Shown here: positions 45,124 to 55,070 of the stretch, in pieces
Position numbering within the stretch: the first letter of the stretch is position 1
How the letters are laid out: each line of letters starts with the position of its first letter
Assembly: GCA_022394775.1 (NCBI GenBank)
Contig: JAGFCB010000076.1
Coordinates: forward strand, 407 to 64,406
Length of the DNA: 64,000 nt
Source: Candidatus Poribacteria bacterium
Lineage (GTDB): Bacteria > Poribacteria > WGA-4E > WGA-3G
Reading direction: 5' to 3'
The notes under the pieces: model-generated
What the model was told of the DNA's origin: nothing
Databases searched by the model: none
Seen by the model: the letters and a program-made list of their open reading frames with translations, nothing else
Program-made: the position numbers and the translations under genes

Positions 45124-45867
45124 TTATTTCCGCTTGAGATTTGCCCACTGTGTCGCAAGTTTTCCGCGTGCTTCAACCGGTGTCAAGACATCCAAGAAGA
45201 GACCGCTCATTGTCGGAGCGATGAGGAGATCTGTGTCGGTTGGTTCAAAGCGGAGATTGAGGTAATCCGCGCCGCCCGATTCACCGCACTTGTAGTGCAA
45301 GTAATTTTCACCCTTCTTGAGTTGAATTTCAGTTGGCGTTGTGACTTCCTGTGCACCACCTGTCCAGACGGAATTATCATATATCTGTGTGCCGTTGAGC
45401 CAGATTTGGGCGTGATCATCATGTGCGGGGTGCATCGTCGTCGTCCGATCCTCTGGTGAAATAATGACGATAATGCCGTGCCATGTGATGTTTGATGCGT
45501 CACCGAAACCGTGGCTTGTGGACATGTTGTACTGATCTTCGACATTAAGATCAACAATACCCCAAGTGAGTGGCCCGCCATTTTCCTCAAGATCAACGAT
45601 GGCATTTGCTGTTTTTCCTGCCCCATCGCGCGTCGAAACAGAGGCATTTGAAATAATAGGGGTACCGAACTCACTGTTAGACTTTTGGCTACCTTCAAGC
45701 AGATAATCTTTCCCCGCGGAGGTGCCGAAACCTCCAGTCTCGGTTACCAGATCAAGTCCCCACCATTTTGCAATCCAGTCATCACCTGTCTGCCAATCTT
45801 GTGCGAGCACTATAGGCGAAATCATCACAACACAGGCAAGTGTGATAAAGATTGTTAGTTTTTTCAT
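45124..45867 (-). CDS. Secreted jelly-roll/lectin-like protein with C-terminal KLATQWANLKRK motif
   Basis: GAAGGAGA RBS then ATG at 45867. Signal peptide MKKLTIFITLACVVMISPIVLAQ. The core (HDDHAQIWLNGTQIY...LKKGENYL) resembles the C-terminal domain of the 53049 protein. Confidence 0.7.
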   Translation of the reverse strand: MKKLTIFITLACVVMISPIVLAQDWQTGDDWIAKWWGLDLVTETGGFGTSAGKDYLLEGSQKSNSEFGTPIISNASVSTRDGAGKTANAIVDLEENGGPLTWGIVDLNVEDQYNMSTSHGFGDASNITWHGIIVIISPEDRTTTMHPAHDDHAQIWLNGTQIYDNSVWTGGAQEVTTPTEIQLKKGENYLHYKCGESGGADYLNLRFEPTDTDLLIAPTMSGLFLDVLTPVEARGKLATQWANLKRK

Positions 45868-46223
45868 AGCTATGAATTCTCCTTCTTCAAAATATACACG
45901 AGGTTCCGAATTTTGAGCAAAAAGCGCGCTTCCCAAAGATCCGTTACCTCATCAGATTCTTACTTTTCGTGATAGCAGTACTGCATGTAAATCACGCGTC
46001 TTAGTGCTGACATACCATCGGTAAACCGAACCGATGTCGGTTTTAGTCAGCGGTGCGATTCTGCTTTTCATCTTCCGCGGGGTAGTATACGTCACCTTGA
46101 GAAGTTGATTAGAATACGCTTAATCAATTATAGCACTTTTTGGATATGAATTGCAAGAAAAAAGTGCAAAGCAATCGATTTCCTAAAAGTTTAGCAGAAA
46201 GTATCAATTTTGTCAACTTTAAT

Positions 46224-46252
46224 TTGCTGTACTTTGTTGTACGTGTTATAAT
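46224..46252 (+). promoter_or_regulatory. Putative extended -10 promoter for the TolB-like gene pair
   Basis: TTGCTG (46224-46229), 17-nt spacer, TGtTATAAT (46244-46252). Confidence 0.4.
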
Positions 46253-46332
46253 GACCTAAGTTTCGTAAAATGTCTACGACCTCTCTCCATATATGTTTAT
46301 GGACACATCCCTGATTTCTTGAGGAGATTTTG

Positions 46333-47349
46333 ATGAAGACGACGCGGTTGTTAGGTTTTGCCATATTGACCCTGTTGGTAGTGAATATATGTGTTTACCC
46401 ACTTTTTGCAAAAGCCCCAACGACCCCAAAAATTCTGTTTACCTCTGCACGCGAAGGGAATCGCGATGTCTACATCATGAATCCAGATGGCTCTGAACAG
46501 GTGAACCTAACACAACATCCCGCAACGGATCAGGGTGCTGTCTGGTCCCTAACTGGAGAGCAGATTCTTTTTATCTCTGATCGTGGCGGTGTGAGAGATC
46601 TGTATTTAATGGACGCGGATGGATCCAACGTCCGACGCGTCTTCAAAAGGAAAGCGAAAATTAATAGATCAGAGCCATCATGGGCATCCGATGGCAAACA
46701 GATCGCTTATGATAATTTGGACTGGGGTGGCCCCGAGTATGGTGTCCATATTGCGATTTTAGGTGAACAAGATGTGGAACATATTGCGATAGGTTCAGGT
46801 CCGTCATGGTCGCCGGATGGCACGGAAATCGCCTGTAGTGTAAGTTCCCCGCAGGGCGCGCAGCTTACATTTATCAATCTCCGGACGCGGGCGCGGGAGC
46901 AACCACTACCCAAGAAATCACTACTTTGGCAACACGACCCGTCTTGGTCCGCTGTCGGAGCCAGACTCGCCTTTTCTGGAAATAAGCATCCCATACCTGC
47001 TATTTTGGATAGAGAGTTGCACAATGCGTGGCGGGATAAACAGGCTATTTTCATTGTGAACCGCGACGGCACGGGGCTCCAACGACTCGTTGATGAAGCC
47101 GGTGAAGAAGCTTGGGCACCTGCAATATCACCAAATGGAGAACAGGTCCTTTATACACAGCAAATTAATAATCAGACACATATCTTCAAAGTCGATGTAA
47201 ACAGTGGCGTTCGGACGCAGTTGACCCATATTGGATTCCCAAGATTTGGTAATTTTGGTGGGGATTGGTTTGATCCAGCGTATGCACTACCAGTTGCCCC
47301 ACAACCGCACTTGCTAACAACGACATGGGGAAATATGAAAAAGTCGTAG
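46333..47349 (+). CDS. TolB-like (PD40/WD40-like) beta-propeller protein, paralog 1
   Basis: GAGGAG RBS, signal peptide, repeated SPDG/SWSPDG...I.F PD40 motifs. C-terminal DWFDPAYALPVAPQPHLLTTTWGNMKKS. Confidence 0.8.
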   Translation: MKTTRLLGFAILTLLVVNICVYPLFAKAPTTPKILFTSAREGNRDVYIMNPDGSEQVNLTQHPATDQGAVWSLTGEQILFISDRGGVRDLYLMDADGSNVRRVFKRKAKINRSEPSWASDGKQIAYDNLDWGGPEYGVHIAILGEQDVEHIAIGSGPSWSPDGTEIACSVSSPQGAQLTFINLRTRAREQPLPKKSLLWQHDPSWSAVGARLAFSGNKHPIPAILDRELHNAWRDKQAIFIVNRDGTGLQRLVDEAGEEAWAPAISPNGEQVLYTQQINNQTHIFKVDVNSGVRTQLTHIGFPRFGNFGGDWFDPAYALPVAPQPHLLTTTWGNMKKS

Positions 47350-47377
47350 TTATCGGTGATTATTTATGGGGTGTTAT

Positions 47378-48412
47378 ATGAAAACGATGCGGTTGTCAAC
47401 CTTTGTGATGTTCATTTCGTTGGTGTTGAATGTCAGTGTTTCACTGATTTTCGCTGAAGCTCCAACGACTCCGAAAATCTTATTTACCTCGGCACGCGAT
47501 GGCAATAGCGAAATCTACATCATGAACCCAGACGGTTCTGAACAAGTGAACCTAACACAACATCCCGCAACGGATCAGCAACCCATCTGGTCGCCGACGG
47601 GTGAACAGATTCTTTTCATCTCCAACCGCAGAGATTTTCGACCCCGGGGCAATCGAGACCTGTATCTCATGGATCCCGATGGTTCCAACGTCCGACGCGT
47701 CTTCAAAAGGAAAGCAGAGGCTTGGAGAGTGTCACCGTCTTGGGCACCCGATGGTAAACAGATCGCTTACAGATACCAATATGGACCTAAGGGTACAACC
47801 GGTACCTACATTACAACTTTAGCTGAACAAGATACGGAATTCTTCGTAAAATGCTCGGATCCAGCATGGGCACCGGATGGTACAGAAATCGCCTGCGGTG
47901 TAGCTTCACCTGGGTTAGAATGGATTGTATTCGTCAACGTCCGGACACGAAATCATAAACGCCTCTTACCCAAGAAAGCGCTGCCTTGGCAAAACGCGCC
48001 ATCTTGGTCGGCAACCGGTGATAAACTCGCCTTTTCTGGGAACAATCATCCGTTACCTGTTATTTTGGATAAAGGTCTACATAACGCATGGCGGGATAAA
48101 CAGGTGATTTTCGTTGTCAACCGTGATGGCACGAATCTGCGGCAGCTTGTTGATGAAGCCGGACCTGATGCGGGGTACCCTGAATTATCGCCCAGCGGAG
48201 AAGAAGTGCTTTATACACAAGAAATTAATGGAAAATCTCAGATCTTTAAAGTTGATATAAACCGGGGCATTCGGACGCAGTTAACGCATGCCGCTGGCAT
48301 GTTTAGCGTTGGAAATTGGGGAGGCGATTGGTTTGACCCAGCGTATGCACTACCAGTTGCCCCACAACCTCACTTGCTAACAACGACATGGGGAGATGTG
48401 AAAAGGCAGTAG
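47378..48412 (+). CDS. TolB-like (PD40/WD40-like) beta-propeller protein, paralog 2
   Basis: Collinear with paralog 1, with long near-identical nucleotide patches at both ends. C-terminal DWFDPAYALPVAPQPHLLTTTWGDVKRQ. Confidence 0.8.
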   Translation: MKTMRLSTFVMFISLVLNVSVSLIFAEAPTTPKILFTSARDGNSEIYIMNPDGSEQVNLTQHPATDQQPIWSPTGEQILFISNRRDFRPRGNRDLYLMDPDGSNVRRVFKRKAEAWRVSPSWAPDGKQIAYRYQYGPKGTTGTYITTLAEQDTEFFVKCSDPAWAPDGTEIACGVASPGLEWIVFVNVRTRNHKRLLPKKALPWQNAPSWSATGDKLAFSGNNHPLPVILDKGLHNAWRDKQVIFVVNRDGTNLRQLVDEAGPDAGYPELSPSGEEVLYTQEINGKSQIFKVDINRGIRTQLTHAAGMFSVGNWGGDWFDPAYALPVAPQPHLLTTTWGDVKRQ

Positions 48413-48631
48413 TTATCAGCGCGACTTTGAGGACTTCGCTAAGGTGCCGAGTTACTGGTAAATGCCTACTTATTTCTCTAAGGCACCATAAATATGCCCT
48501 GTTTCGTGCAATGACAGATAAAGAATGCCCTATTTTGTGCAGTGTTCTCGCTGAGTTTTATTAGCAAGACTTACGCAGCCCCCTTTGCAGGGTTTTTGCA
48601 AACGCTAAAATCCAATGCGAAGAAAGTATTT

Positions 48632-48658
48632 CTGCAGGGTTTCAAACCCCGCCTGCAG
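48632..48658. repeat. GC-rich palindrome family member CTGCAGGGTTTCAAACCCCGCCTGCAG
   Basis: Imperfect arms. Preceded at 48567-48577 by AGACTTACGCA (a TIR-like half site). Confidence 0.55.
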
Positions 48659-48854
48659 TAGATTATCAGTGAAAAATGCGTCCGTCCTGATTACAATGAA
48701 CCTATGGGTGCGGTATTGTGCGGATTGGCATAGAAATTGCTCGTTGACTTAACATATAATGTCAACGTATAGGTGGCAACTTAGGTTAAATAGAGTACGC
48801 AATAGTGTCAGTCGGCGTGCGGAATAAACAGACTTATCGAAATGGAGAAAAGCC

Positions 48855-51065
48855 GTGAACCGTTCTAATAGAAAACAGCGCTCGTTACGCGCACTCCTCT
48901 TTTCAAGTGTCGTCCATCTCTGCTTTGCAATTGTCTTTATGTTCTCGTTTTATACCCAAAGACAGTTAGGGAATGAGGATGTGCTGGCGGTGGAACTAAT
49001 AAAACCGAAAACTGCCCCCAAAGAACGCCGGAGCCTCAAACCGCCGCCCCCTAAAAAACTACGGGTGCCACAGCAAACGGATCCCTCTACGCAGCAGCGT
49101 CAACGCCATTTGGATCTGGCAGCCGCTGCGAATCCGATGAATGAAACCTTGCGGCAGTCCGAGCAGGAACTGCTACATAGCGCGACAAAATCTGTGTCGG
49201 ATATAGAGACCTCACTGCCGGATGTAACCACAGATGCACGCCATTTTAGTAGCCGAACCACACCGATCCACGAATCAGTCGCAAGTCCTTTTCAGACCAC
49301 GGCGGGTGATGGCGTAGAGAGCCTACGGCAACGCGTTAAGGGTGATGGCGGCGACGGTTTCCACAGACTGGAATCGACAGGTACTTCCGAAATCGGAACC
49401 GTTGGGGACGGTGATGGCGACGACGAAGGTGAAAGCACTGGCGAGGGGGACAGCACCAATCCTTTCGCTGAGGCGCTTGAAAACATTGCCAATCATATCA
49501 TAGCGACACGAGAATTGGATAAAGTTAACGTCGTCTTTGTCCTCGATACCAGCGCAAGTATGCGGGACAACATCCAGCAAGTTGCAGCGAACCTGTATGC
49601 CTTGACGGATGCCTTTGACCTCGTCAATTTAGAATACCATCTCGGTATGTCTGAATTCAGTGTCCGGCAGACGGGGCAAAATTTAGAGATCCGCTCTTTG
49701 CTGCCGGATGTCGGTATGCTGCGTAGACGGATGCAAAAAGCAACGCTGAGCGGCAATGAACACGCACTTGACGCTTTAATAGATACACTTCAGCGGATTG
49801 ATTTCCATGCGGATGCCGATAAATTTATTATCCTGGTAACCGATGAACCTGCATCGACGGCTTTCAAGAGAGAAGATTCCTACACCAAAATGCGTGAGAA
49901 GGCTATCAAGGAGTATCAACTACAGGAGGTCCGGGTCAACGTTCTTGGACACCCAGAACCGTTTCAGCAACAAATCGCTGAACAGACAGCTGGACTGTGG
50001 CAGCGCATTCCGGGAGATATTGAGGGTGTGGGTCGAACGACGCTCCCGAGTACGCGTAAAGGAAATAGCGCGTTTATCAAGGTGTTCCGGGATATCGTCA
50101 AAGACATCCGGCGCAGCGGGGGTCAGATGTTATTTAGCATGGAGTCAAAATTTGAAATTGAACTCGAAGACGGTGATATACCGGCAAAGAAATTGGCACG
50201 TGAATTTGAAGCAAATGGTATCTCTTTATCCTTAGGCGGTAGCCTCTTTAACAATGCCAAGGTCTGGGAAAAGGAGAAGGGAGATCTGTGGGTCATTACG
50301 GACTATGCCACCAATCATACTTACACGATCCGTAAACAGGGCGACAGATTGAACGTCTATGCCGGTGTCTACCCTGAAAGCTGGAATCTTTCGGAGAATT
50401 TCACAGCAATGACGCAACATCGGGGCAGTAGATGGCTCATCAACGATCGCAATAGCAGACGCATGTACACTATCCGAAGCGAAAAGAACCGATTGAACGT
50501 TTACGCAGGTGGCACACCCGCGGCATCCCCTGAAAAAGGATTTGGCACTTATGTGGATATTGTTGTGATGCTCGATTACAGTCGGAGCATGGGCGGCAGA
50601 TCTCAAGCGATTATGCTCGGTTTAAGCACGCTTATCGGTCGGTTAGACATTCTGCCTATTAAGTATCGGATCGGGCTGATCCGTTTCGCAGAGGCGAAAG
50701 ATGCGATTAAGGTTATCAATGGCACGGTCGTCACGCAGATGCCGCTGAACGAAGCGATGTTGGCGAGCTATATGGAAGACCCTTTCGGTGGCGATGAACA
50801 CCTTATCGACGCAATTGTGGAAGGCGTTCCGAAAATAAAATTCAGTCCGTACGCGAGCCGAATTCTGCTCATTCTGACAGACGAACCGACGACGGGTAAG
50901 TATCCACCTGAACGCGCACTTAGCGTATGTCAGTCATTAGGGATCCGTGCTTATGTGATTGGTCATCCAGGACCTACAGATTTTCAGAAGACCCTTGCGG
51001 AACAGACGGGAGGCGTTTTTTTCACAATGCCGAAGCATTTGAATAAGACTTATCCGAATCAGTGA
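48855..51065 (+). CDS. Membrane-anchored double von Willebrand factor A (vWA) domain protein
   Basis: N-terminal anchor ([17 protein letters not shown]) plus a Pro/Lys-rich linker. vWA 1 has MIDAS motif VLDTSASM; vWA 2 has MLDYSRSM. The central region carries a duplicated W(V/L)I(T/N)D...(Y/M)TIR...(D/N)RLNVYAG unit. Confidence 0.8.
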   Translation: MNRSNRKQRSLRALLFSSVVHLCFAIVFMFSFYTQRQLGNEDVLAVELIKPKTAPKERRSLKPPPPKKLRVPQQTDPSTQQRQRHLDLAAAANPMNETLRQSEQELLHSATKSVSDIETSLPDVTTDARHFSSRTTPIHESVASPFQTTAGDGVESLRQRVKGDGGDGFHRLESTGTSEIGTVGDGDGDDEGESTGEGDSTNPFAEALENIANHIIATRELDKVNVVFVLDTSASMRDNIQQVAANLYALTDAFDLVNLEYHLGMSEFSVRQTGQNLEIRSLLPDVGMLRRRMQKATLSGNEHALDALIDTLQRIDFHADADKFIILVTDEPASTAFKREDSYTKMREKAIKEYQLQEVRVNVLGHPEPFQQQIAEQTAGLWQRIPGDIEGVGRTTLPSTRKGNSAFIKVFRDIVKDIRRSGGQMLFSMESKFEIELEDGDIPAKKLAREFEANGISLSLGGSLFNNAKVWEKEKGDLWVITDYATNHTYTIRKQGDRLNVYAGVYPESWNLSENFTAMTQHRGSRWLINDRNSRRMYTIRSEKNRLNVYAGGTPAASPEKGFGTYVDIVVMLDYSRSMGGRSQAIMLGLSTLIGRLDILPIKYRIGLIRFAEAKDAIKVINGTVVTQMPLNEAMLASYMEDPFGGDEHLIDAIVEGVPKIKFSPYASRILLILTDEPTTGKYPPERALSVCQSLGIRAYVIGHPGPTDFQKTLAEQTGGVFFTMPKHLNKTYPNQ

Positions 51066-51099
51066 ATTAGTTATCACTACCAAAAAAAAGGAAATAATA

Positions 51100-51621
51100 A
51101 TGTCAACAACTTCTTCAAGTACACAACAACACCGAGAAATGGCAACCGAAGAGGGACCTGTCGCTGTCGCGATCGTCACCGTGAGCGATACGCGCACCCC
51201 TGAAACAGATAAGAACGCTGTGTTTTTACGCGAGCAACTCGCTGCGGAAGGCAATAGTGTCGTTGCATATCAGATCATTAAAGATGAACCTGACCAAGTG
51301 GAAACAGTGTTAGACGAGATGGCGGAAAGTGCAGCACAAGTCATTTTGTTCAACGGCGGCACCGGTATCGCACCCCGCGATACTACATTCGACATTCTCA
51401 ATCGTAAGTTGGAAAAGACGCTTCCCGGATTCGGTGAACTCTTTCGGATGTTCAGCTATGATCAGGTCGGTGCAGCGGCGATGTTATCACGGGCAACGGC
51501 GGGGGTCTATCGCGGGAAAGTGGTTATCTCTACGCCGGGTTCGACTGCTGCTGTGGAATTGGCGTGGGAAAAGTTGATCGGACCGGAATTGCAACATCTG
51601 GCGTGGGAAGTCGGACGGTAA
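51100..51621 (+). CDS. moaB: Molybdenum cofactor biosynthesis protein B (MoaB/MogA family)
   Basis: [11 protein letters not shown]...[13 protein letters not shown]...PGSTAAV signature. Confidence 0.85.
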   Translation: MSTTSSSTQQHREMATEEGPVAVAIVTVSDTRTPETDKNAVFLREQLAAEGNSVVAYQIIKDEPDQVETVLDEMAESAAQVILFNGGTGIAPRDTTFDILNRKLEKTLPGFGELFRMFSYDQVGAAAMLSRATAGVYRGKVVISTPGSTAAVELAWEKLIGPELQHLAWEVGR

Positions 51622-51623
51622 AA

Positions 51624-51715
51624 TAGTTATCAGTGACCCCTAACCAGTTAAGAGTGCCTCGCAGTGAGAGTCTGATTTATCAAGTCTTTCTCTTACTGGT
51701 AACTCGTAACTGGTT
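51624..51715. repeat. Composite intergenic repeat: TAGTTATCAGTGAC, GCCTCGCAGTGAGAG, and inverted AACCAGTTA/TAACTGGTT
   Basis: The GCCTCGCAGTGAGAG 15-mer (51656-51670) recurs at 61864-61878. 9-bp inverted repeat at 51642-51650 / 51707-51715, between convergent moaB and ecfT. Confidence 0.65.
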
Positions 51716-51727
51716 ACTGACGACTAT

Positions 51728-52585
51728 TCACAAAACCTCGCGCGTGAAGGTATATACATGCCGCAGCCATGAGGCGTAATAGATGCCGTTTGCGTAGCAG
51801 AAATAGATCAGTTTCAAACTGACGATACCGATTAAACAGGTAGCCAGCACCCCAAGCAAACTATAGTCCCATATCCCCATCTTCAGTGTCCGTAGTGAGG
51901 TGCGTTGTGTCGCTGTCTCCGGTGAAAACCCGCGACTCTCAACGGATTCACTGAGATGCGTGGCATGCCGTATATTGCCCGCTAATATCGGACGAAAACT
52001 ATTGATAACACCGCGGCAGGTGGCGAATAGGTTGGCTCGGAGATAGCGGAATCCCCTCAATCGCTGCGATCGAAACACAGCCGATGCCTCGTTGGCGATG
52101 ACGGGGATGAAATGCAGTGCCGTTGTCACCATAAAAGCGAGGGTTGCTGGCACGCGGAGTTGCGCCAATGCGAGGAGCATATCCCGCGGTTGTGTCGTCC
52201 AAATGATGAAACACCCGATGCCGAGCGTCGTGTTGAAGCGGAGTGACTGGACAATCCCGTGAAATAATCCTTCCCGATAGACCCGTATACCGCCCGTCAT
52301 TTTCCCTATGATTGGAAACTCTGGTGGTACGAGTGTGAATAGCGTCGTGCGCGGAAACTCGTTATAGAAGATCGCTTGGCTGTAGATGAGTCCCCATGTT
52401 GTAAAGAAAAGAAAAATGCAGAGCAAACCGATCTGTCGCCAGGTCGGTCGCGACAGCGCGATGAGCGTGAGACTGCCGATGAAACAGGCGAGCAGGGCGA
52501 TAGGACTGTCCAGCAGGATAACAAGGCATCCAGCGATCAGCATCATCAGGATTTTTGTGCGGGGTTCGAGTGTGGTATTCTGCAT
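51728..52585 (-). CDS. ecfT: Energy-coupling factor transporter transmembrane component (EcfT/CbiQ family), solitary
   Basis: Polytopic; conserved ARG-type coupling region ...AVFRSQRLRGF...; no ecfA/S gene nearby. Confidence 0.72.
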   Translation of the reverse strand: MQNTTLEPRTKILMMLIAGCLVILLDSPIALLACFIGSLTLIALSRPTWRQIGLLCIFLFFTTWGLIYSQAIFYNEFPRTTLFTLVPPEFPIIGKMTGGIRVYREGLFHGIVQSLRFNTTLGIGCFIIWTTQPRDMLLALAQLRVPATLAFMVTTALHFIPVIANEASAVFRSQRLRGFRYLRANLFATCRGVINSFRPILAGNIRHATHLSESVESRGFSPETATQRTSLRTLKMGIWDYSLLGVLATCLIGIVSLKLIYFCYANGIYYASWLRHVYTFTREVL

Positions 52586-52757
52586 TGTGATTTTTCCGTT
52601 TGTATTTCCTTGATAAGTATAACAGGTTTATGGTGTGGTTGGCAATTAATTTGGCAATCAGCAAATAAGTTTACACTTGTAGCATAGGCTGTTGGTTTCC
52701 TGTGCCTCCGTGAGACACACATTCACAAGTTCACATAACGAGACAAGTGTATGAGTT

Positions 52758-52847
52758 AGGACTTACGCATTTTTCTATGATAACCTATGTATTACGCACT
52801 GCTGGCGGGGTTTGAAACCCCGCCAGCAAGGGGGATGCGTAAGTCCT
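52758..52847. mobile_element. MITE-like element, copy B, perfect 12-bp TIRs
   Basis: AGGACTTACGCA (52758-52769) and TGCGTAAGTCCT (52836-52847) are exact reverse complements. Internal perfect palindrome GCTGGCGGGGTTT-G-AAACCCCGCCAGC (52801-52827). Confidence 0.75.
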
Positions 52848-52939
52848 GTGAGTAATTACCGGATCTACTATAAATTGGCATTTAGCAAAATGCTAATTTT
52901 GGATTTGTGCTATAATTCTGTGTACAACTGCTATAATGT

Positions 52940-53030
52940 AGGACTTACGCATTTCCTCCTCTCAAAGTCCCCCTGATAAGGGGGATTTAGGGGTTAAAAT
53001 GCTGAAATTACTCCGCTTTACGTAAGCCCT
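52940..53030. mobile_element. MITE-like element, copy C (same left TIR, different core)
   Basis: AGGACTTACGCA (52940-52951) ... TACGTAAGCCCT (53019-53030). The core holds hairpin TCCCCCT-GATA-AGGGGGA (52968-52985). Confidence 0.65.
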
Positions 53031-53048
53031 AACCAATCCACTTCCTAT

Positions 53049-54866
53049 ATGGAGGAAGCACACGATCAAATGTTTGACACATATAAACACATTCGGAAAA
53101 CTTGGAAATTGATAAACTTCCCAAAGATTCTAACACTATTCACCTTATGCGTTGCTATGACTGCTATAGCGAACGCGCAGACTCCCGATTTCCCGGACAG
53201 TATGCCAATTGTCGAACGCCCCTTTTCGGACGATCCCGACAAATTCAGTTTCGCGATTATCGGCGATAAAACGGGTGGCGGTTTAGATAAATGGCACGTC
53301 TTTGACCGCGCGATAGATGAAATCAATGTCCTGAAACCGGATTTCGCTATCATGGTGGGTGACTTAATACAGGGTGATACACGGGACCTTGAACGGCTCG
53401 CAGCAGAATGGAAAGAGTTCTGGCAACACGAATCCGATTTAATCCTGCCGTTTCTGCCCTTACCCGGTAACCACGATATTACGAATCCAGTGATGTATCA
53501 GTATTGGAAGGACAATATTGGACGCACCTATTCAGCATTTACGTATAAAGATTGCCTGTTTATCATGCTGAACACCGAAGAGTGGCATGATCCCTCACAC
53601 GCGGAGTGGGACTGGGAGCAAGAAGGCTGGTTCGGCGAAGCGCAGATAAAATACGTGGAAGATGAATTGACGCAACATTCAGACGTACGACATACGTTCG
53701 TCCTCATGCACAGACCGATATGGTTGTACGAAAACTCAGGGTGGGAGCAGATTGAAGAAGCACTCGGTGATCGGGCGTACACCGTCTTTGCGGGACACTA
53801 CCATAACTTAACCTTGCATACCCGTAACGACCGTCGTTATTTTGTGCTGAGTGCGACAGGGGGTGGATTGACTCCCCAAGATGCACCGGAAGCGGGTGCG
53901 TTTGACCATTACAGCATTGTCACTGTAGATGGCGAAGCGGTTAACGTCGCGATTATCGAACCCGGGAACGTCCATCCTGCGGACATCTCAACTGCAGCTT
54001 TCAAAGAGAAACTTTCGGGTCTACTCTCCTTTAAATCTGATTTCGACATAGATAGAACGCAACCGCATTCCAGGGGAGCTCTCGAAATTTCGCTGGAAAA
54101 CACTTTTGAAAAGCAGTTGGATGTCGAAATTGTTTTTGACGCAAACGAGCATTGGCAAATTTCACCCCACCGGTTAGCCTTTCAGGTTAAACCCGGGCAA
54201 ACAGCAAGCGGTGTTGTGACACTTACGGCACCCTCTGATGCCTTCATACCGCTCCCTACCTACGACTATGCCATTGCCTATGGTGGCGAACAATTAGCGG
54301 GTCGCAAGAATCTGTTCCATCCGGTTGATAGATCGGATATGCGCGTACTCAAAGATTGGATGCTTTTGGGGCCTTTCGATCTCGGCGTGACAGAGGTGCC
54401 CGCCGACTCGAACGCGATACCGCCAAATTTCCTGACAGCACCGCTACCCGGATCCGATGGCAGTGAAACCTACGAGGGACAGGCAGGAGAGATCGGTTGG
54501 CAAGAGCATCTCTCGGAGACGGAACGGATTAACTTGGACGATGCCTTCGGGAATACGGACTGGGCATTCGGTTATGGCGTGACCTATATTAACAGTCCTG
54601 ATGCGCGGCGTGTGTTTGCGCAGATTGGATGGGGAAGCCACCTCGGTAGGCTCTTTCTGAATGGGGCCGAGATTCCTGCAGCATCGACATCTGGGACACG
54701 TCGGTTTCGTGGATGGGCGCATTTTGAGTTACCCTTAAAAGCGGGTTGGAACACGCTGACGATCCAGTCCGGGGACTATACAGGCGGATGGGACTATCGG
54801 ATGGAAATTGCTGATGGTAGCGACGCGTTGCAGTTCAGGGCAAAGCCCACTGATGTCCAAGAGTAA
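53049..54866 (+). CDS. Secreted calcineurin-like metallophosphoesterase with C-terminal jelly-roll domain
   Basis: FAIIGDKTGG, GDLIQGD, LPGNHD, LMHRP, GHYH phosphoesterase motifs. Alternative start at ATG 53070. The C-terminal WMLLGPFD...LFLNGAEI domain resembles the 45124 protein. Confidence 0.82.
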   Translation: MEEAHDQMFDTYKHIRKTWKLINFPKILTLFTLCVAMTAIANAQTPDFPDSMPIVERPFSDDPDKFSFAIIGDKTGGGLDKWHVFDRAIDEINVLKPDFAIMVGDLIQGDTRDLERLAAEWKEFWQHESDLILPFLPLPGNHDITNPVMYQYWKDNIGRTYSAFTYKDCLFIMLNTEEWHDPSHAEWDWEQEGWFGEAQIKYVEDELTQHSDVRHTFVLMHRPIWLYENSGWEQIEEALGDRAYTVFAGHYHNLTLHTRNDRRYFVLSATGGGLTPQDAPEAGAFDHYSIVTVDGEAVNVAIIEPGNVHPADISTAAFKEKLSGLLSFKSDFDIDRTQPHSRGALEISLENTFEKQLDVEIVFDANEHWQISPHRLAFQVKPGQTASGVVTLTAPSDAFIPLPTYDYAIAYGGEQLAGRKNLFHPVDRSDMRVLKDWMLLGPFDLGVTEVPADSNAIPPNFLTAPLPGSDGSETYEGQAGEIGWQEHLSETERINLDDAFGNTDWAFGYGVTYINSPDARRVFAQIGWGSHLGRLFLNGAEIPAASTSGTRRFRGWAHFELPLKAGWNTLTIQSGDYTGGWDYRMEIADGSDALQFRAKPTDVQE

Positions 54867-54916
54867 GTTGGCTATTAGCCATCGGTTTTCGTCGGCTGTC
54901 AGCGTTACTTTTTACT

Positions 54917-54945
54917 TGCAGGCGGGGTTTGAAACCCCGCCTGCA
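54917..54945. repeat. Perfect 29-bp palindrome TGCAGGCGGGGTTT-G-AAACCCCGCCTGCA
   Basis: 14-bp arms, between the phosphoesterase gene and the RM gene. Confidence 0.85.
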
Positions 54946-55070
54946 TTGGGGCTTTACTATAAATGACCTGGAATGGTTCTCGGTAGTGTTTGACAAGCAC
55001 TTTCAACGATGCTATAACGATTACGGATTTTCACTTGATCCTTCACAGCAAAACTGCTATCATACCCTCC

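Noticed and set aside
48742-48767. TTGACT and TATAAT hexamers upstream of the vWA gene, as a possible promoter.
   Set aside because: The hexamers are only 5 nt apart. The sequence is better described as a 7-bp inverted repeat CGTTGAC...GTCAACG.
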